Below, one piece after another: positions 52,008-63,109 of a DNA stretch of 64,000 nucleotides. Every line of letters starts with the position of its first letter. The stretch's first letter is position 1. The notes under the pieces are model-generated. The model worked only from the letters and a program-made list of their open reading frames with translations, searched no databases and was not told where the DNA came from. The position numbers and the translations under genes are program-made. This stretch comes from Trypanosoma brucei (Eukaryota): assembly GCA_000002445.1 (NCBI GenBank), contig CP000068.1, positions 544,001-608,000 of the forward strand, in the 5' to 3' direction.

Positions 52008-53906
52008 ATGCACGCGGGAGGAACAAGTAGTAATTCCAGCGGTCACGATCCGGTTATGGATGATATCGCGGAATTGAAAGCACTGCTGCAGAACGGTGGT
52101 TTGACAAGTGATATTTTGGAGGGGAAATATTTAAACCAGCTGCGGCGTGCAAGGCAGTTAAATGTCCAGTTGGAGACTGAGCGGACACGCGCACGACAGC
52201 TAACGGTGCAGTTGGAAGCGCTAAGGGAAGAAAAGCGAAAGGCTGGTGATCGAAACTCTGAACAGGCAGGAAAGGAGGGCCGTCGGCGCCGTCAATCATC
52301 GGAGCGGGCCACGAACAACGAATCTGATGAAGGACAGCAAAATGTCACAGCTCTTCGCGAGCGCCTCGATAGGGCTTTTGTACAGTTAAGTGATGCCAAA
52401 GTACAGTTGGAGGAGCAGAAAAAGGAGTCACAGCGACTGCGAAAGATCATTCAGCAAGAGGTGGGTAACCCTCCACAGGATATAGAGGCACTGTTGAAAG
52501 GGTCATCCGATAGTTCGCGCGGATGGCGCGGCCGCGCACAGCAGATTGTGCTACTGAAAAGCAAGGTGAAGGAATTAGAACGGGCTCTGGGGGCAACTGG
52601 GGGCAGCTCGCCGGCAGCGATCGATGGTGGTGGTACTCCGTGTGTGACAAAAACGAGCACGCTCTCACTTACGACAGACGCCGTTACAACCACCACAGCG
52701 GGGGTGCGTGATAGGGATGACGTTGCGCGAGAGCATGTGGTGGAACTGCAAAGTCGGCGCCTGCTGCAGCAGCGCGAGCTACAGGATGAACTCGCCCGTC
52801 AAAAGGCGGAGCTCGATTCTATGAAGTTACGGTTGACAGCCTCTCAGTCAAGGCACGCCAATTTGGAGGCAGACAACAGGCAACTACGGGAACACCTGCA
52901 AGCTGTGCTTCAAAAAACCCAAAATGACAACGACCTGATTGATGCCTACCGTGAGGAGATGGAGGAGTTGCGGCACGTGAAAGTGGAACTGCACCAAGCT
53001 AAGGTGGAGCTGCAAAAATGGGAAGAGTGGTGTAGCAGCGCGCAGCAGCGGAACCCACGAGAGTTGGAACGTTTGGAAGAACAAACCCCTGGCATGTGTG
53101 ACAAGTCACGGGATGCACGGTATCGGACGGACGGTGGTGATGCAGGAATTGACGTGAATACTGCTGTGGCTCTCGCCGGTGCCGACACTGCCATTGAGTT
53201 GAACCGTTTGAGGCTGGAGAATTTGCAACTCAAGAGCTTGCTTACGCGTTATGAAGATCATGGCGATGGGGGTGCTTTAGGTAACGAATCTCCAACAGGA
53301 CAGAATAAGGGGCAGCAAGATGATATGGCGCTCTTAATGCATTGGTTGAAGAGTTTCATCTCTCCGCGGTCGGGTGAGGCTGACACCAACAAGGGGGTGG
53401 GCTCGCAGGCGGTGGTGAGTGATTCTGTTGTAGGGGTGGATTGGCAGGGGAGGGTGGCGGAGGTTTTGCGACGAGCTCATAGCGCCGTTACCTTTTTGGA
53501 GAAACAGCAACAAGAACAGGGTGAGAGGTTAAGCAAGTGCTATGAGACAATCCGGCAACTGCAGGCCGAACTGAAGCAACGACCCGGGAAGCGAGAGAAG
53601 AAACCGAAGGGAAACCATGTAGGTGATGGTGATGCAACCGGTGGTGAGAAGGATGATGATGATGGCGAATTGGTGAACATTCTTTTGCAGGAGAACGTGG
53701 CTTTGAAGCAACGTGTGAAAGTTATGCAGGACCTACTCAACAAAGAAAGGGCTGCGTACGAATCGCTGCGTTCCTTTTCAGCCGCATCAGGCACCAGCGA
53801 TGCGCCAACAGCAGCGGCGTACCTGAAGCTGAAGCGCGATTATGAGGAACTGCGTGCTGCTTTCAATTGTGCTCAGGCGGAGCTTCTTCGAAACGATGCG
53901 GCGTGA
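52008..53906 (+). CDS. Coiled-coil protein (about 632 aa).
   Basis: The track start at 51987 is a GTG, and the first ATG is at 52008. Extended heptad-like Q/E/L/R-rich stretches (for example LQNGGLTSDILEGKYLNQLRRARQLNVQLETERTRARQLTVQLEALREEKRK). Confidence 0.55.
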   Translation: MHAGGTSSNSSGHDPVMDDIAELKALLQNGGLTSDILEGKYLNQLRRARQLNVQLETERTRARQLTVQLEALREEKRKAGDRNSEQAGKEGRRRRQSSERATNNESDEGQQNVTALRERLDRAFVQLSDAKVQLEEQKKESQRLRKIIQQEVGNPPQDIEALLKGSSDSSRGWRGRAQQIVLLKSKVKELERALGATGGSSPAAIDGGGTPCVTKTSTLSLTTDAVTTTTAGVRDRDDVAREHVVELQSRRLLQQRELQDELARQKAELDSMKLRLTASQSRHANLEADNRQLREHLQAVLQKTQNDNDLIDAYREEMEELRHVKVELHQAKVELQKWEEWCSSAQQRNPRELERLEEQTPGMCDKSRDARYRTDGGDAGIDVNTAVALAGADTAIELNRLRLENLQLKSLLTRYEDHGDGGALGNESPTGQNKGQQDDMALLMHWLKSFISPRSGEADTNKGVGSQAVVSDSVVGVDWQGRVAEVLRRAHSAVTFLEKQQQEQGERLSKCYETIRQLQAELKQRPGKREKKPKGNHVGDGDATGGEKDDDDGELVNILLQENVALKQRVKVMQDLLNKERAAYESLRSFSAASGTSDAPTAAAYLKLKRDYEELRAAFNCAQAELLRNDAA

Positions 53907-54352
53907 TACCATAGATATTCTATTGTTGTTTAATATTGTGGATTTCAAATGGTGGTGGCGTGTTACACGCCACGCGTACTTTTGTCCGTCCACACATTCC
54001 CTCTTCTCAGAAAATGGTGGGTGAATACGTTTCCTTCTCCCCCTTCCCCCAACTGCGTGCGATGAGATGTTTTCCACCGTGCGACCCATTTATTTTTTTA
54101 TTACTCCCCTAACCTGCGTCTTCCCGTAATGATGTATTCACTGCTTCTTTTGTTTTCGTAAAGTGTTTTGAAAAGGAAAAAGAACAGAAGGCAATAACCC
54201 GAAAGGGAGGAGGGGGGTATAATATAATATACGAGACAACAGTGGTAAACGCGCGCCAAGTGGGGCGGGGTTTCACATAACTTATTTTCATTTCCGTTCT
54301 AAGGAAATAGTAATACAGAAGTATCTCCATATTGCATAAGTTGCTGAGGAAA

Positions 54353-55000
54353 ATGCATTCCCTTTGGGTGCGCGTGGCAGAGATTTGTTCAATGGCTATG
54401 ATGAGTTGCTTTACTGGTGTTATGCTTCTCGTGGCTAGCAGCATCGTCATGTCGCAACTCCAGCCCCCGAAACCCATTATCAAAGATTTTAATGTGGGAA
54501 TTAGTCCATTGGTGCAAACGCGATTACCTCTCGTCTTTGCTCAGGGTGAATACCCCCCGCCTATGCAAGATGTGTTGTTGGTTGGAATTAGCCTCAAAGC
54601 CGATTTCTCCGCAGTGTGGGATTGGAACACAAAACACATGTACGTCGCTTGCATCGGCCGCTACCACACCAAAAGCAACATGACCGTTGGAGGAGTGAAT
54701 CTACAAAAAACACATGATGTGACGATATTTGACAAGGTGCTGCGTAGCAAGGAGGAAGCAGCCAATTGGACACTCGACAACGCGAAGAAGTACGCCCTCG
54801 AGAACGAGGAACTCGGTTCACTTGCAGGAGCGGCTGTGGAATTGATGATCCTATACCACCCGATGCGGCATTACGGGTACTCACCGTACTATACAGTACA
54901 GCCTGGTAAGAATCCGGTGATGTTCCAACTGCCAACCGCTTATGAGAAAAGAACTGAGGAGGACGACAAGAATGCCATGTGCAGCAGAGGATACGCGTAG
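54353..55000 (+). CDS. SPCS3: Signal peptidase complex subunit 3 (SPC22/23 / Spc3) homologue.
   Basis: An N-terminal TM anchor (ICSMAMMSCFTGVMLLVASSIV), then KADFSAVWDWNTKHMYVACIGRYHTKSN...VTIFDKVLRSKEEA. This aligns with the Spc3 core DL..LFNWNTKQ.FVYL.AEY......VT.WDKII.SK.DA. The track start at 54332 is a TTG, and the first ATG is at 54353. Confidence 0.75.
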   Translation: MHSLWVRVAEICSMAMMSCFTGVMLLVASSIVMSQLQPPKPIIKDFNVGISPLVQTRLPLVFAQGEYPPPMQDVLLVGISLKADFSAVWDWNTKHMYVACIGRYHTKSNMTVGGVNLQKTHDVTIFDKVLRSKEEAANWTLDNAKKYALENEELGSLAGAAVELMILYHPMRHYGYSPYYTVQPGKNPVMFQLPTAYEKRTEEDDKNAMCSRGYA

Positions 55001-55754
55001 ACGCCAAGTGAAACTGTAAAAAAATAAAGAGAAGACATTGCGATGTGGCTGTGGGCCAAACTGACGGCAGCGGGAGGAGGGGGAGGAGAAACGAGTCCGG
55101 CACGCATTTCAGTTGTAATGGTCGTCGTATGCCTGGTTCCCTTTTGCGTATCGTTTGTGAGTCTTGCAGTCATGTCGCATGCGCTTGTTGGTGCCAATGA
55201 GGGTGGGCGCACAGGTGAGTGATGTTGGACGCCGTTAACTGTAAATGTTGCGTGTTTTTTTTGGGGGGGTGAAAGAGGGAAGAAGGGGAAATGTGTGTGT
55301 TTGTGGTGACGTCATATTTTCATCACGGTCATCACAAACATAAGGAACAGTTCGCTGCTCTATTTCCTATTGTTGAAGTAATTGGGGAGGATCATCCGTC
55401 TTTGTTTCGTCTACTTGCCTCCTTTAGCTCTGTTTCATCTGCTATTCCCTTGTTAAATTTTAGGCCCTGATTCCTCGTGAGAAATTTGTTTACCCTTTCT
55501 CTGGCATCATATGCATACACGCATTTGCATACGTTAGTGTGTGTCCGTGTGCATGCATCTGTGTGTTCGACATGGCTTGCCCCATTTCCTCTGTTGTGAA
55601 GCCACCCTGGTTTACTTGTACCTTTGTGCTCTCCATCCTTCTCCCGTGTATTTCCTCTCGTTGCTGGAATCTCGTGCGCGTCAATTTCCGTGTGCACTTG
55701 GGACCTCTTGATTTGCTGCCCACCGTTGCATATCTGCAATCTGTGAGGTGAGTG

Positions 55755-55756
<2 letters not shown>

Positions 55757-55788
<32 letters not shown>

Positions 55789-55796
55789 TATATATT
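55757..55796. repeat. (TA)n microsatellite.
   Basis: atatatatatatatatatatatatatataaatatatatat. Confidence 0.9.
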
Positions 55797-55870
55797 TGTT
55801 TACCTATTTGTCGGTTTGTACGCTTAGGTATATTCTCATTCGAGGGACCGTCATAATAGGCGATTAAAAA

Positions 55871-56446
55871 ATGCCAAAAAAGAAGCCACCATGTCCATCG
55901 GTTACGCCGCAGTTGTACGAGAAGAGCCATAAGCCTTCCGTAACGGTTGGTATGGGAATGAAGGGCAGCGCCGCCTCCACCGCGTGCTGGCGCGACCAAG
56001 TGGATAAAGAAGAACAGCTGCACGCCATTTGGGCAAAGCGGTACGACCGGCGGAGCAACGCACGGCTTGTAGAATCACTGAAGCGGACACTACAGCGAGA
56101 AAAGGACAGTGCTGAGCAGTATCGCAAAGACAATGATGCGTTGAGCACCATTTTATTCAGCAAAGACGTCTCTGATGCCGGGCGCCTGACAACTGTATAT
56201 TTAAAGGCTCGTAATCGGCTGGCGCCACAGGAAAAATATTTGAGAGCGCAAACAGCAGCACAAGAGGTGGGTTGGGGGATTCCTGAGGCCATGCGAGGTG
56301 GTGACAGCGTGGAATTTACCGGTACGCCTGCACTTCCTCGCCTAACAAAAGCATCTGCGATGGCATATAGGAGGCCGGACGACGAGGACCATGCGGAGTT
56401 GTTCGGCTACACATTGATGTGTTCGTTTTGCGGTGGGAAACCGTGA
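55871..56446 (+). CDS. Hypothetical protein (191 aa).
   Basis: ATG at 55871 downstream of a (TA)n tract. GC-rich ORF with no recognised domain. Confidence 0.4.
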   Translation: MPKKKPPCPSVTPQLYEKSHKPSVTVGMGMKGSAASTACWRDQVDKEEQLHAIWAKRYDRRSNARLVESLKRTLQREKDSAEQYRKDNDALSTILFSKDVSDAGRLTTVYLKARNRLAPQEKYLRAQTAAQEVGWGIPEAMRGGDSVEFTGTPALPRLTKASAMAYRRPDDEDHAELFGYTLMCSFCGGKP

Positions 56447-56533
56447 TTGTGTAAAGCCGCGGACAGGAGATGTAACGTCAGTTAGTGGGGATATGTAGAG
56501 AGGGAGAAGAAGAGAGGTGGTGTGGTGTCGTGT

Positions 56534-56557
56534 GGGATGGGATGGGATGGGATGGGA
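56534..56557. repeat. (GGGAT)4.8 minisatellite.
   Basis: gggatgggatgggatgggatggga, about 90 bp downstream of the stop codon of the 55871 gene. Confidence 0.85.
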
Positions 56558-56950
56558 CGACATGAGATGAGATTAATTGTCAACAACAATAACAAGAGCG
56601 GAGGCTGGGCTGAGGTCTGCGTGTGCGTGTGTGCAGCTGCAGTTGGTATGTACTAGAGAGAAGTGCGTGTACCGTGCACGGTTAGCCACAGGTGGCTGGG
56701 TTCCGAAACGGTCTGAAGTGTGTGCCTTTGGATTTTAAGCTATATGTGTATGAATGGAAGTGTACGGAAGCGATGGAGTAGGGAAAATGTATAAATATAT
56801 TTATTTGTTTATACAAACAACGTGCTCGTAAACGTGCGATTTACGAGGGGAAGGGGTCTATGTGTTTTACCTCTTTTCCTTACTTTTGCCGTTTGCAACT
56901 GATCTCCACTTCACTGTAATATTTATTTGACAAGAATTAGACAAGTAAAC

Positions 56951-56951
56951 A

Positions 56952-56976
<25 letters not shown>
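56951..56976. repeat. (TA)13 microsatellite.
   Basis: Perfect AT dinucleotide run. Confidence 0.9.
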
Positions 56977-56983
<7 letters not shown>

Positions 56984-57909
56984 CCACGCTGTTCCTTGAC
57001 TGATAGTACCGTAACTGTCTTGTGTCATTTCCTTTTTCCCCCGCTCTGGTGATATCGTTATTGATCCTCCGCTGCCCGTATCATTTAGTGAAGTTTCCTC
57101 CAAATAGATGTTCATATGTTGTTAGCGACGAGTCAATCACTAAGGGAGTCCGTAATTGTCCCGTAAAAGGATGTACGCCAATAAAATCCAGCAGGAGAAT
57201 GCCGAGGTGCATCAGAGCCCCGCACGATAAAAGAGGCGAAGGGTGAGGTTGCTCATACACTGTGAATTGGTAGTGTAGCGAGCGGATACTTTTCTTTTTT
57301 TAGGGGGATTTTTTTTTTCGTATGTCCGTTTTCGGGTGTTCATATGGATAGAAATATTCAAATTACACAGCACATACACTGTGCAGGAGAGTAGTAGATG
57401 TTGCCTCAGTATTTTTAAACTTTGTTTTGTTTTATTTTCTTTTTTCAAAGAAAAAAAATTCTGACAAAGGGGCCGCAAGGATGGATACGTTTGTGTGAAC
57501 AGTAGCATCATATGGTATGATCGTGCATGTATGTGTTTCTATCCTTGTGCTGATAATAATGATAGCTCTTGTACTTTCCCTCTTCTCCCTATTCATTCTC
57601 CACGTTTTTGTAATGTCACAGCGCGATACCACCACTTGTGATTAAAAAAGTGGGGAATTGGATAGAGCCCGCATCGCCGCTAGTGAAGAAAGCATCACAG
57701 CGGCTGCAGTTTGCGCATTTGAAATAGCGGTGGACACAAAGTGGGAAGGAAGGAAGACAATTTTACGAGCTTGCAGGCGAAAAGAGATTTAACACCGTCG
57801 CGTAGGTGAGGAGTACCCCTTCAAGTTGCGCCCATCACATCTCCAGGCGCGCACACGCGTACACAAATATATATATATATATTTGTGTTTATATAATTAG
57901 CTCCCTGAT

Positions 57910-59745
57910 ATGGAGGAAGTGCAACCGCTCAACGTCCGCATTGTGCGCGAAGCGGGGGATCGTAGAAAGGTGAAGCTCTTTTTGCATAATACATCAGGTA
58001 CAGAGCGGGAAGGGTACCCCGTCATGTTTTCGATTAGGTGCTGTGAACCTGATTTCTACATCCCTGTTGGTATAGAAACCACAGATGGAATATTGCTTTC
58101 AGGTGAGTGCCGTGGCGTGTTGCTTCAGCTCCGTGACCCGAAAAAACGGGCGCAGAGTTGGGGCATGGAGCGCGAGGGGAAGTTTGTAAAGTGGGGTGTT
58201 ATAAACGAACAACAGATGAGGGTGTCGTGTGGGCCGAATGTGCGAGCTTCTGTGGAGGCCGTAAGCCGTTTTGGTAATGGTAGTTTGGATGCACTGCACA
58301 GCTTTCGGGATTCGGACAGCTCTTTTTTGACAACTGGAAACAGGTATGATTTTGGTGTAGAATCGAGTGGGGGTGTTGTGAGAGGATCACCTTTGCAGCG
58401 CAGCAGTGTGAAGTCGTGGAATGCGGTGGTGCCATCCGTACTGCCAAGTGATGGTGGCAGCGCGAAACACTTGAGGTTATCCGCATCCGAGGAATCACAC
58501 ACCCCAGGCTCTCTGGAAGATGAGCTGGTTCATTCCAGTGTTCGCAGCTCGCGTTCTCCACTTTGTACGGATAGTTCCCGTTGCTCATCTTCTCTCTTTG
58601 TGCATTACACACGCTTGGGTGGAGAAAAACGGTCCATAGCTGCTGCTAAGGAGTGGTTGGAGGCTCAGCAGAGTAAGTACAACAGATGGTTGGAGAAGGT
58701 CCACCGCTTACAAGGAAAAGACACTGCTGGTGTGAATTCACCGCCAACAACTGTCGCCTCTGCCCCGGCTCCTGCCACCCCACATTTTTCGGCACTTTGT
58801 GAGCCAGTGCGCTGGGTGAAGAGGCCGCAAAAGGCACCCGCAAATCTGAAGTTGTCAGCTTTTTGGCGCAAGCCCTTTAGCAAGGGTTCAGCTAAACTAT
58901 TGAAGGTGGGAAAGGAGTCAAATCTCTGCATCCGAGTGTCGTGTGAACTCGACGATCCCAACAGGAGCGCAACGGACATCAAACATTCAGGGGGACCGCT
59001 ATCAGACGGACTGTTGCGTTTGAATACAGCGCCCTCGCACATTGGGTTTTTAAGGAGAGAACAACCACCGGTCACCGGTGAAGTTCAGCGGTACGAGCAT
59101 TCCGAAGACGTGCGGAGTAGCAACGGGAACCGCCGCAAAATCCCTGAGGACACAACAGATCGTAGTCCTACAGCACTATTCCGATTGGAAAGGCATGAGA
59201 ATCAGGTGGCCACCGGTCGCATTCCATTCGGGAAGTTGGACCCCCCTGCACGTGGTGATGTGGATGTGGGTTGTTCCGCATCAACTCGGTCGGATTTCGC
59301 TGCAACGCTGAATGGAAAACAATCCTTACACGCAGAGCCGCATGTTGTTCACAAGGAAGTGACAAACTGCCCGACGCCAAATGGCTCGGCTTCACCTTTA
59401 GACGATAGGGCTGACAAGCCGAGTATGTCAGAGAAACTGCATCTGATGCGGTGGGACAAAACCATGAGTATATTGAGGAATTTAAGTGCTCCACAGATGG
59501 GTGCTGCAATTTGTGAATTTGTTAAGCGGTGTTCTCCACATCTGGAGTCGTTGGGGACTGTGACTTTGAATACGGTGGTACGAGGCCTGCATTCGGTTGG
59601 TAACACAATTGAAGGTTCCATTAACACTTTGCACGTTGTAGTGTTATCTGTGCTTTTCGTGGCGACGATTTGTCTTTTGTTTGCTATTATTAGGGGGGAT
59701 AGTTACAGTAATGAATTAGATATTGCTATGAGTGAAATCGGCTAA
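57910..59745 (+). CDS. Hypothetical protein (611 aa) with a single C-terminal hydrophobic anchor (HVVVLSVLFVATICLLFAII).
   Basis: ATG at 57910 directly after a (TA)n tract. Long GC-rich ORF with a tail-anchor-like C-terminus. Confidence 0.5.
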   Translation: MEEVQPLNVRIVREAGDRRKVKLFLHNTSGTEREGYPVMFSIRCCEPDFYIPVGIETTDGILLSGECRGVLLQLRDPKKRAQSWGMEREGKFVKWGVINEQQMRVSCGPNVRASVEAVSRFGNGSLDALHSFRDSDSSFLTTGNRYDFGVESSGGVVRGSPLQRSSVKSWNAVVPSVLPSDGGSAKHLRLSASEESHTPGSLEDELVHSSVRSSRSPLCTDSSRCSSSLFVHYTRLGGEKRSIAAAKEWLEAQQSKYNRWLEKVHRLQGKDTAGVNSPPTTVASAPAPATPHFSALCEPVRWVKRPQKAPANLKLSAFWRKPFSKGSAKLLKVGKESNLCIRVSCELDDPNRSATDIKHSGGPLSDGLLRLNTAPSHIGFLRREQPPVTGEVQRYEHSEDVRSSNGNRRKIPEDTTDRSPTALFRLERHENQVATGRIPFGKLDPPARGDVDVGCSASTRSDFAATLNGKQSLHAEPHVVHKEVTNCPTPNGSASPLDDRADKPSMSEKLHLMRWDKTMSILRNLSAPQMGAAICEFVKRCSPHLESLGTVTLNTVVRGLHSVGNTIEGSINTLHVVVLSVLFVATICLLFAIIRGDSYSNELDIAMSEIG

Positions 59746-61543
59746 TGCGAGGTTTTGATGAAACGGAAAAGGAAAGAAAAAATATGAAACAGTGACAACC
59801 GGACTGCTGGCGGTCATGGCGGAAAACGTTTGTGATAAGGAGCCATATGCCCAATTCAGTAACGAAATAAAAGACGCAGGAAAAGGAAAAGAGGTTTTCG
59901 TTTTGTTTTTGTTTTGTGTTTCCCTACTTCTAATAAGTGCACGATAACAAGATATGAATGCGTCCGCGTGTGCAGGATATGCACACATATGTTCATGTAG
60001 GGGAGTAATGCAATTCGTCGGCGTAAGGAGGCGGCTGTGCGCTGGTTTATTAGTGACATGTGTGTGATTCCACACTTTCACATTTTCCCCGATCTCAGAT
60101 GAGCAAGGTGTTTCATCGTTCCTTTATATGTGTATCCTTACACTCTGTGCTTCATTTATTTATTTATTTCTTTTAAAACATGTTTATTTTGGTTCATCCC
60201 TGGGTCCGAGCGTAACTTACTCCGATTGTCTACAATTATTACTATTATTATTATTATTATCGTCCCACCCATGTGCCTCCGTTTCTTCTTTGTTGTTGTC
60301 CTTCCGGCAGACCTATGCATATCCGAAAGGGAGTTCAAGGGTAGTCGTGCGAATTTGTCGCTGGATGCTTTTCTTTTTTTTGTGTGTGTTATTGCTTGTT
60401 TCGTTTGGGCGTGTGATTATGAAAAGATGTGTGTGGGGAAAAGGGATTCTAAAGAAGGAAGAAAAAAAAACAATTTAAAGGGGAGGGGGAAAAGAAAAGG
60501 GGAAAGGGGGGAGGGAAGATGCACAAACACACGAATGGATGAAATTCTTTGCTGGTATATATATATATATATAATATAATATAATATTACTATATTTTCA
60601 TAAGTAATATGTGTTCCCATATGCATGAATGCCTGAGTGTATGTTTGTGCGTTAACGCACACCGTTTGGAAAGTCATTAAATCACTCGAGCGGTTCAAAA
60701 AAAAATAAATTGGAATCCAAGCAGTCGACTAAAGCAGTGGAGCGAATAGTGACGGGGGGGAAAAAAAATAAAAATGAGGAAAAGGAAAAAGGATCCGGTT
60801 AAAATATGCAGCGGAATAGTGCAAAGATGCTCAGTTCCCTCTTGGGTTGCGCTCAGTTGCCATTTTTTTTTCTTTTTTGCTTAACTGCCATATTTCACTT
60901 TAACCTATTCCCCTCTCATGTCTTCCAACCAAAGAAAAAAAAGAGAGAGATCGCAACGTTTTCACGGGCGCGTAACGCAAACGTAAAAATATAATCAAAG
61001 CAGTGGCTAAGGTTTGCAAAGGAGCGGCGGTAAAAGGAAAATGAAAGAAAAGAGGAAGATGTTGGGGTGCTGTCCTCTTTTTTTTTTTATTTCTTCACTT
61101 TTCTTTCCCAGCTCCGCCACCTCTGTTACCTTTTTTTTTTGATTTATTGTTTTTTTTTTAATTTTCTTATTTAACTTTTTATTTCGCTTTCAACCCTTTC
61201 AAAACAGAGCTCGTCAAAAACCCTTGCGACTTTAGCTCTTCTTTTTTTGTTGTTTTTATTCGTATTTGCTTGGGAAGGGGTGCGGGGCTTGCAGGAAAGG
61301 AAAGTGTGGGAATCTTAAAGGAAAATTAAAGTGCTAAATCTTTTTTTGTTTTGTTTTTTTTTTTGCTTCACTTTGGTGGTTTGGGTCAGTTCTGTAAATT
61401 TTACCGGCAGTTCGGGGCATCTGCTGGTGTTGAAAAGAAACGAAGAGAAGGAGCAGATATAAGCGTTGCTCATTTCCTTCATTTCTTGCCATTGTCTTCT
61501 TCTATCAGAAGAAGAAAAACAAAATGGAAACGTAAGCTCAAAC

Positions 61544-61546
<3 letters not shown>

Positions 61547-61583
<37 letters not shown>
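61547..61583. repeat. (TA)18 microsatellite.
   Basis: Perfect AT dinucleotide run in the 2.1 kb intergenic region. Confidence 0.9.
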
Positions 61584-61584
<1 letters not shown>

Positions 61585-61899
61585 GTATACGTGTGCCTGC
61601 GGGTGAATGCGTGTTTAACTGCTTGTAGCCGTATTTGCTCATGTGACGTGAAATTAGCAGACAAATATGTACGTATGTTTGTGTGTACAGTTTGTGCGGG
61701 TGAAAGAAAAGGAATGTTTTGATATGTTTAATGATATAGCATATGTGCTTGTGTATGGGCTGTCATTCTAATTGGCCGGGACCTGAAGCAAATTTTCTGT
61801 TTTGTTCTATTCTGTTTGTTTTATATATTTGCTCTTTCAACCTATAGCTGTAGTCCACGCACTGTGGTGAGGTAACTGGGTTTGTGCGTGTGGCTTTAA

Positions 61900-63042
61900 A
61901 TGATCAATGAAGCAGCTGCTGAAACCTCAAGCAGTACTGCTGTAGCGCCGCTAAACCCGATAGAATATCCCATCGTCTTTACTAAGGAAGATGGGGTGAT
62001 ACCTGCAGTGGGAATATTTAACGCACTACAGTGGTTATTGCCCCTGTTTCAACTTGCCACGTGGTTACCGAAACATGTCGGGCGCGAAGGGAATATAAAA
62101 GGGCTTGCGTCGGCCACAAAAAACACTTCTACAGCTTCCGAGGAGGAAATTGAGTTAACCCGCAGTCTCCTTCCTCATTTTGAGCAGTTCTTCACTGTGG
62201 AGAGTAAAGTTGTCCCCAACGGCTCGATGTTGCGCTCAGTGCAAACTTTCCGCTACCCAACGCCACGAGGGCCGCGTACCATCACACGAGCATTAGTTGA
62301 AGCCCCTAATAAATACTTTTCGCCTCTTCATGCAGCAAAGGGGGGTGGCCACTTCTTGTGTTGTTACGAAGACAGGGAGTTGTTACGTCATTTCACCTAC
62401 CTCGAACTGGACCAACTTCGCTTTGCATGGGTTGCGGGGAAGGAGTTGGTGGCGGAGCATAAAGCAGTACATCAGACGGACGGCACACTCACCGGGCTCG
62501 CCAGGCGCGATATAAAAAATAATAACAGCGGCACTGCTGCAGAAAATGGAGAAGGGAATGTTACAAACTCCCGTGCTGGACAGGGATGTTATGGCAATGG
62601 AAATAATAATAACAACAACAACGATAATGTGGCTGCTGGCAATGGCGCTACGGCTCCACCACCTGTGGTGAGGCGGCCGCATCCCAGCAGTAATGTTATA
62701 ACCGGCCCTAGTCAGGAGTTGCGTAAAGCAAGAGAAGAAAAGCAGGAAAAGAAATATATGAGTGATTTGTTGCGTGACGAATGCACCACCCGCTGGCCAC
62801 ACACACCAGTGCATAAATCCGTCATTTTTAGTTTGGAGGAACAACAGGCGGAAACCGTTGGGGGACGGCCAGGCCGTAAGGGTCCGCGCATGTACTTGGC
62901 AACGGTGGAGCTACCGCTGCTTAATGGTAAGAAAGGTGGAACCGCTTCCTTTAAGGCACAGCAGTGGTGCACAACAAAAAAGGATGCGGAGAATGCAGCG
63001 GCTGAGGTGGCGCTGCGTGCGTTGAGAACATTAAAACTATGA
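61900..63042 (+). CDS. Protein with a C-terminal double-stranded-RNA-binding-domain (dsRBD)-like region and an internal Asn-rich low-complexity stretch.
   Basis: The C-terminus, GPRMYLATVELPLLNGKKGGTASFKAQQWCTTKKDAENAAAEVALRALRTL, fits the dsRBD C-terminal consensus (G.G.SKK.AK..AA..AL..L). ATG at 61900. Contains a NGNNNNNNNDN run. Confidence 0.6.
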   Translation: MINEAAAETSSSTAVAPLNPIEYPIVFTKEDGVIPAVGIFNALQWLLPLFQLATWLPKHVGREGNIKGLASATKNTSTASEEEIELTRSLLPHFEQFFTVESKVVPNGSMLRSVQTFRYPTPRGPRTITRALVEAPNKYFSPLHAAKGGGHFLCCYEDRELLRHFTYLELDQLRFAWVAGKELVAEHKAVHQTDGTLTGLARRDIKNNNSGTAAENGEGNVTNSRAGQGCYGNGNNNNNNNDNVAAGNGATAPPPVVRRPHPSSNVITGPSQELRKAREEKQEKKYMSDLLRDECTTRWPHTPVHKSVIFSLEEQQAETVGGRPGRKGPRMYLATVELPLLNGKKGGTASFKAQQWCTTKKDAENAAAEVALRALRTLKL

Positions 63043-63061
63043 CTGCACCACTGTTTAGGGG

Positions 63062-63064
<3 letters not shown>

Positions 63065-63106
<42 letters not shown>
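63065..63106. repeat. (TA)21 microsatellite beginning 23 bp after the stop codon of the dsRBD gene.
   Basis: A 42-bp perfect TA repeat. Confidence 0.95.

Positions 63107-63109
<3 letters not shown>

Noticed and set aside
60128-60579. Overlapping 116/149-aa ORFs with runs of LLLLL and IIIII.
   Set aside because: They come from low-complexity (ATT)n and pyrimidine-rich intergenic sequence in two overlapping frames, with no coding-like composition.
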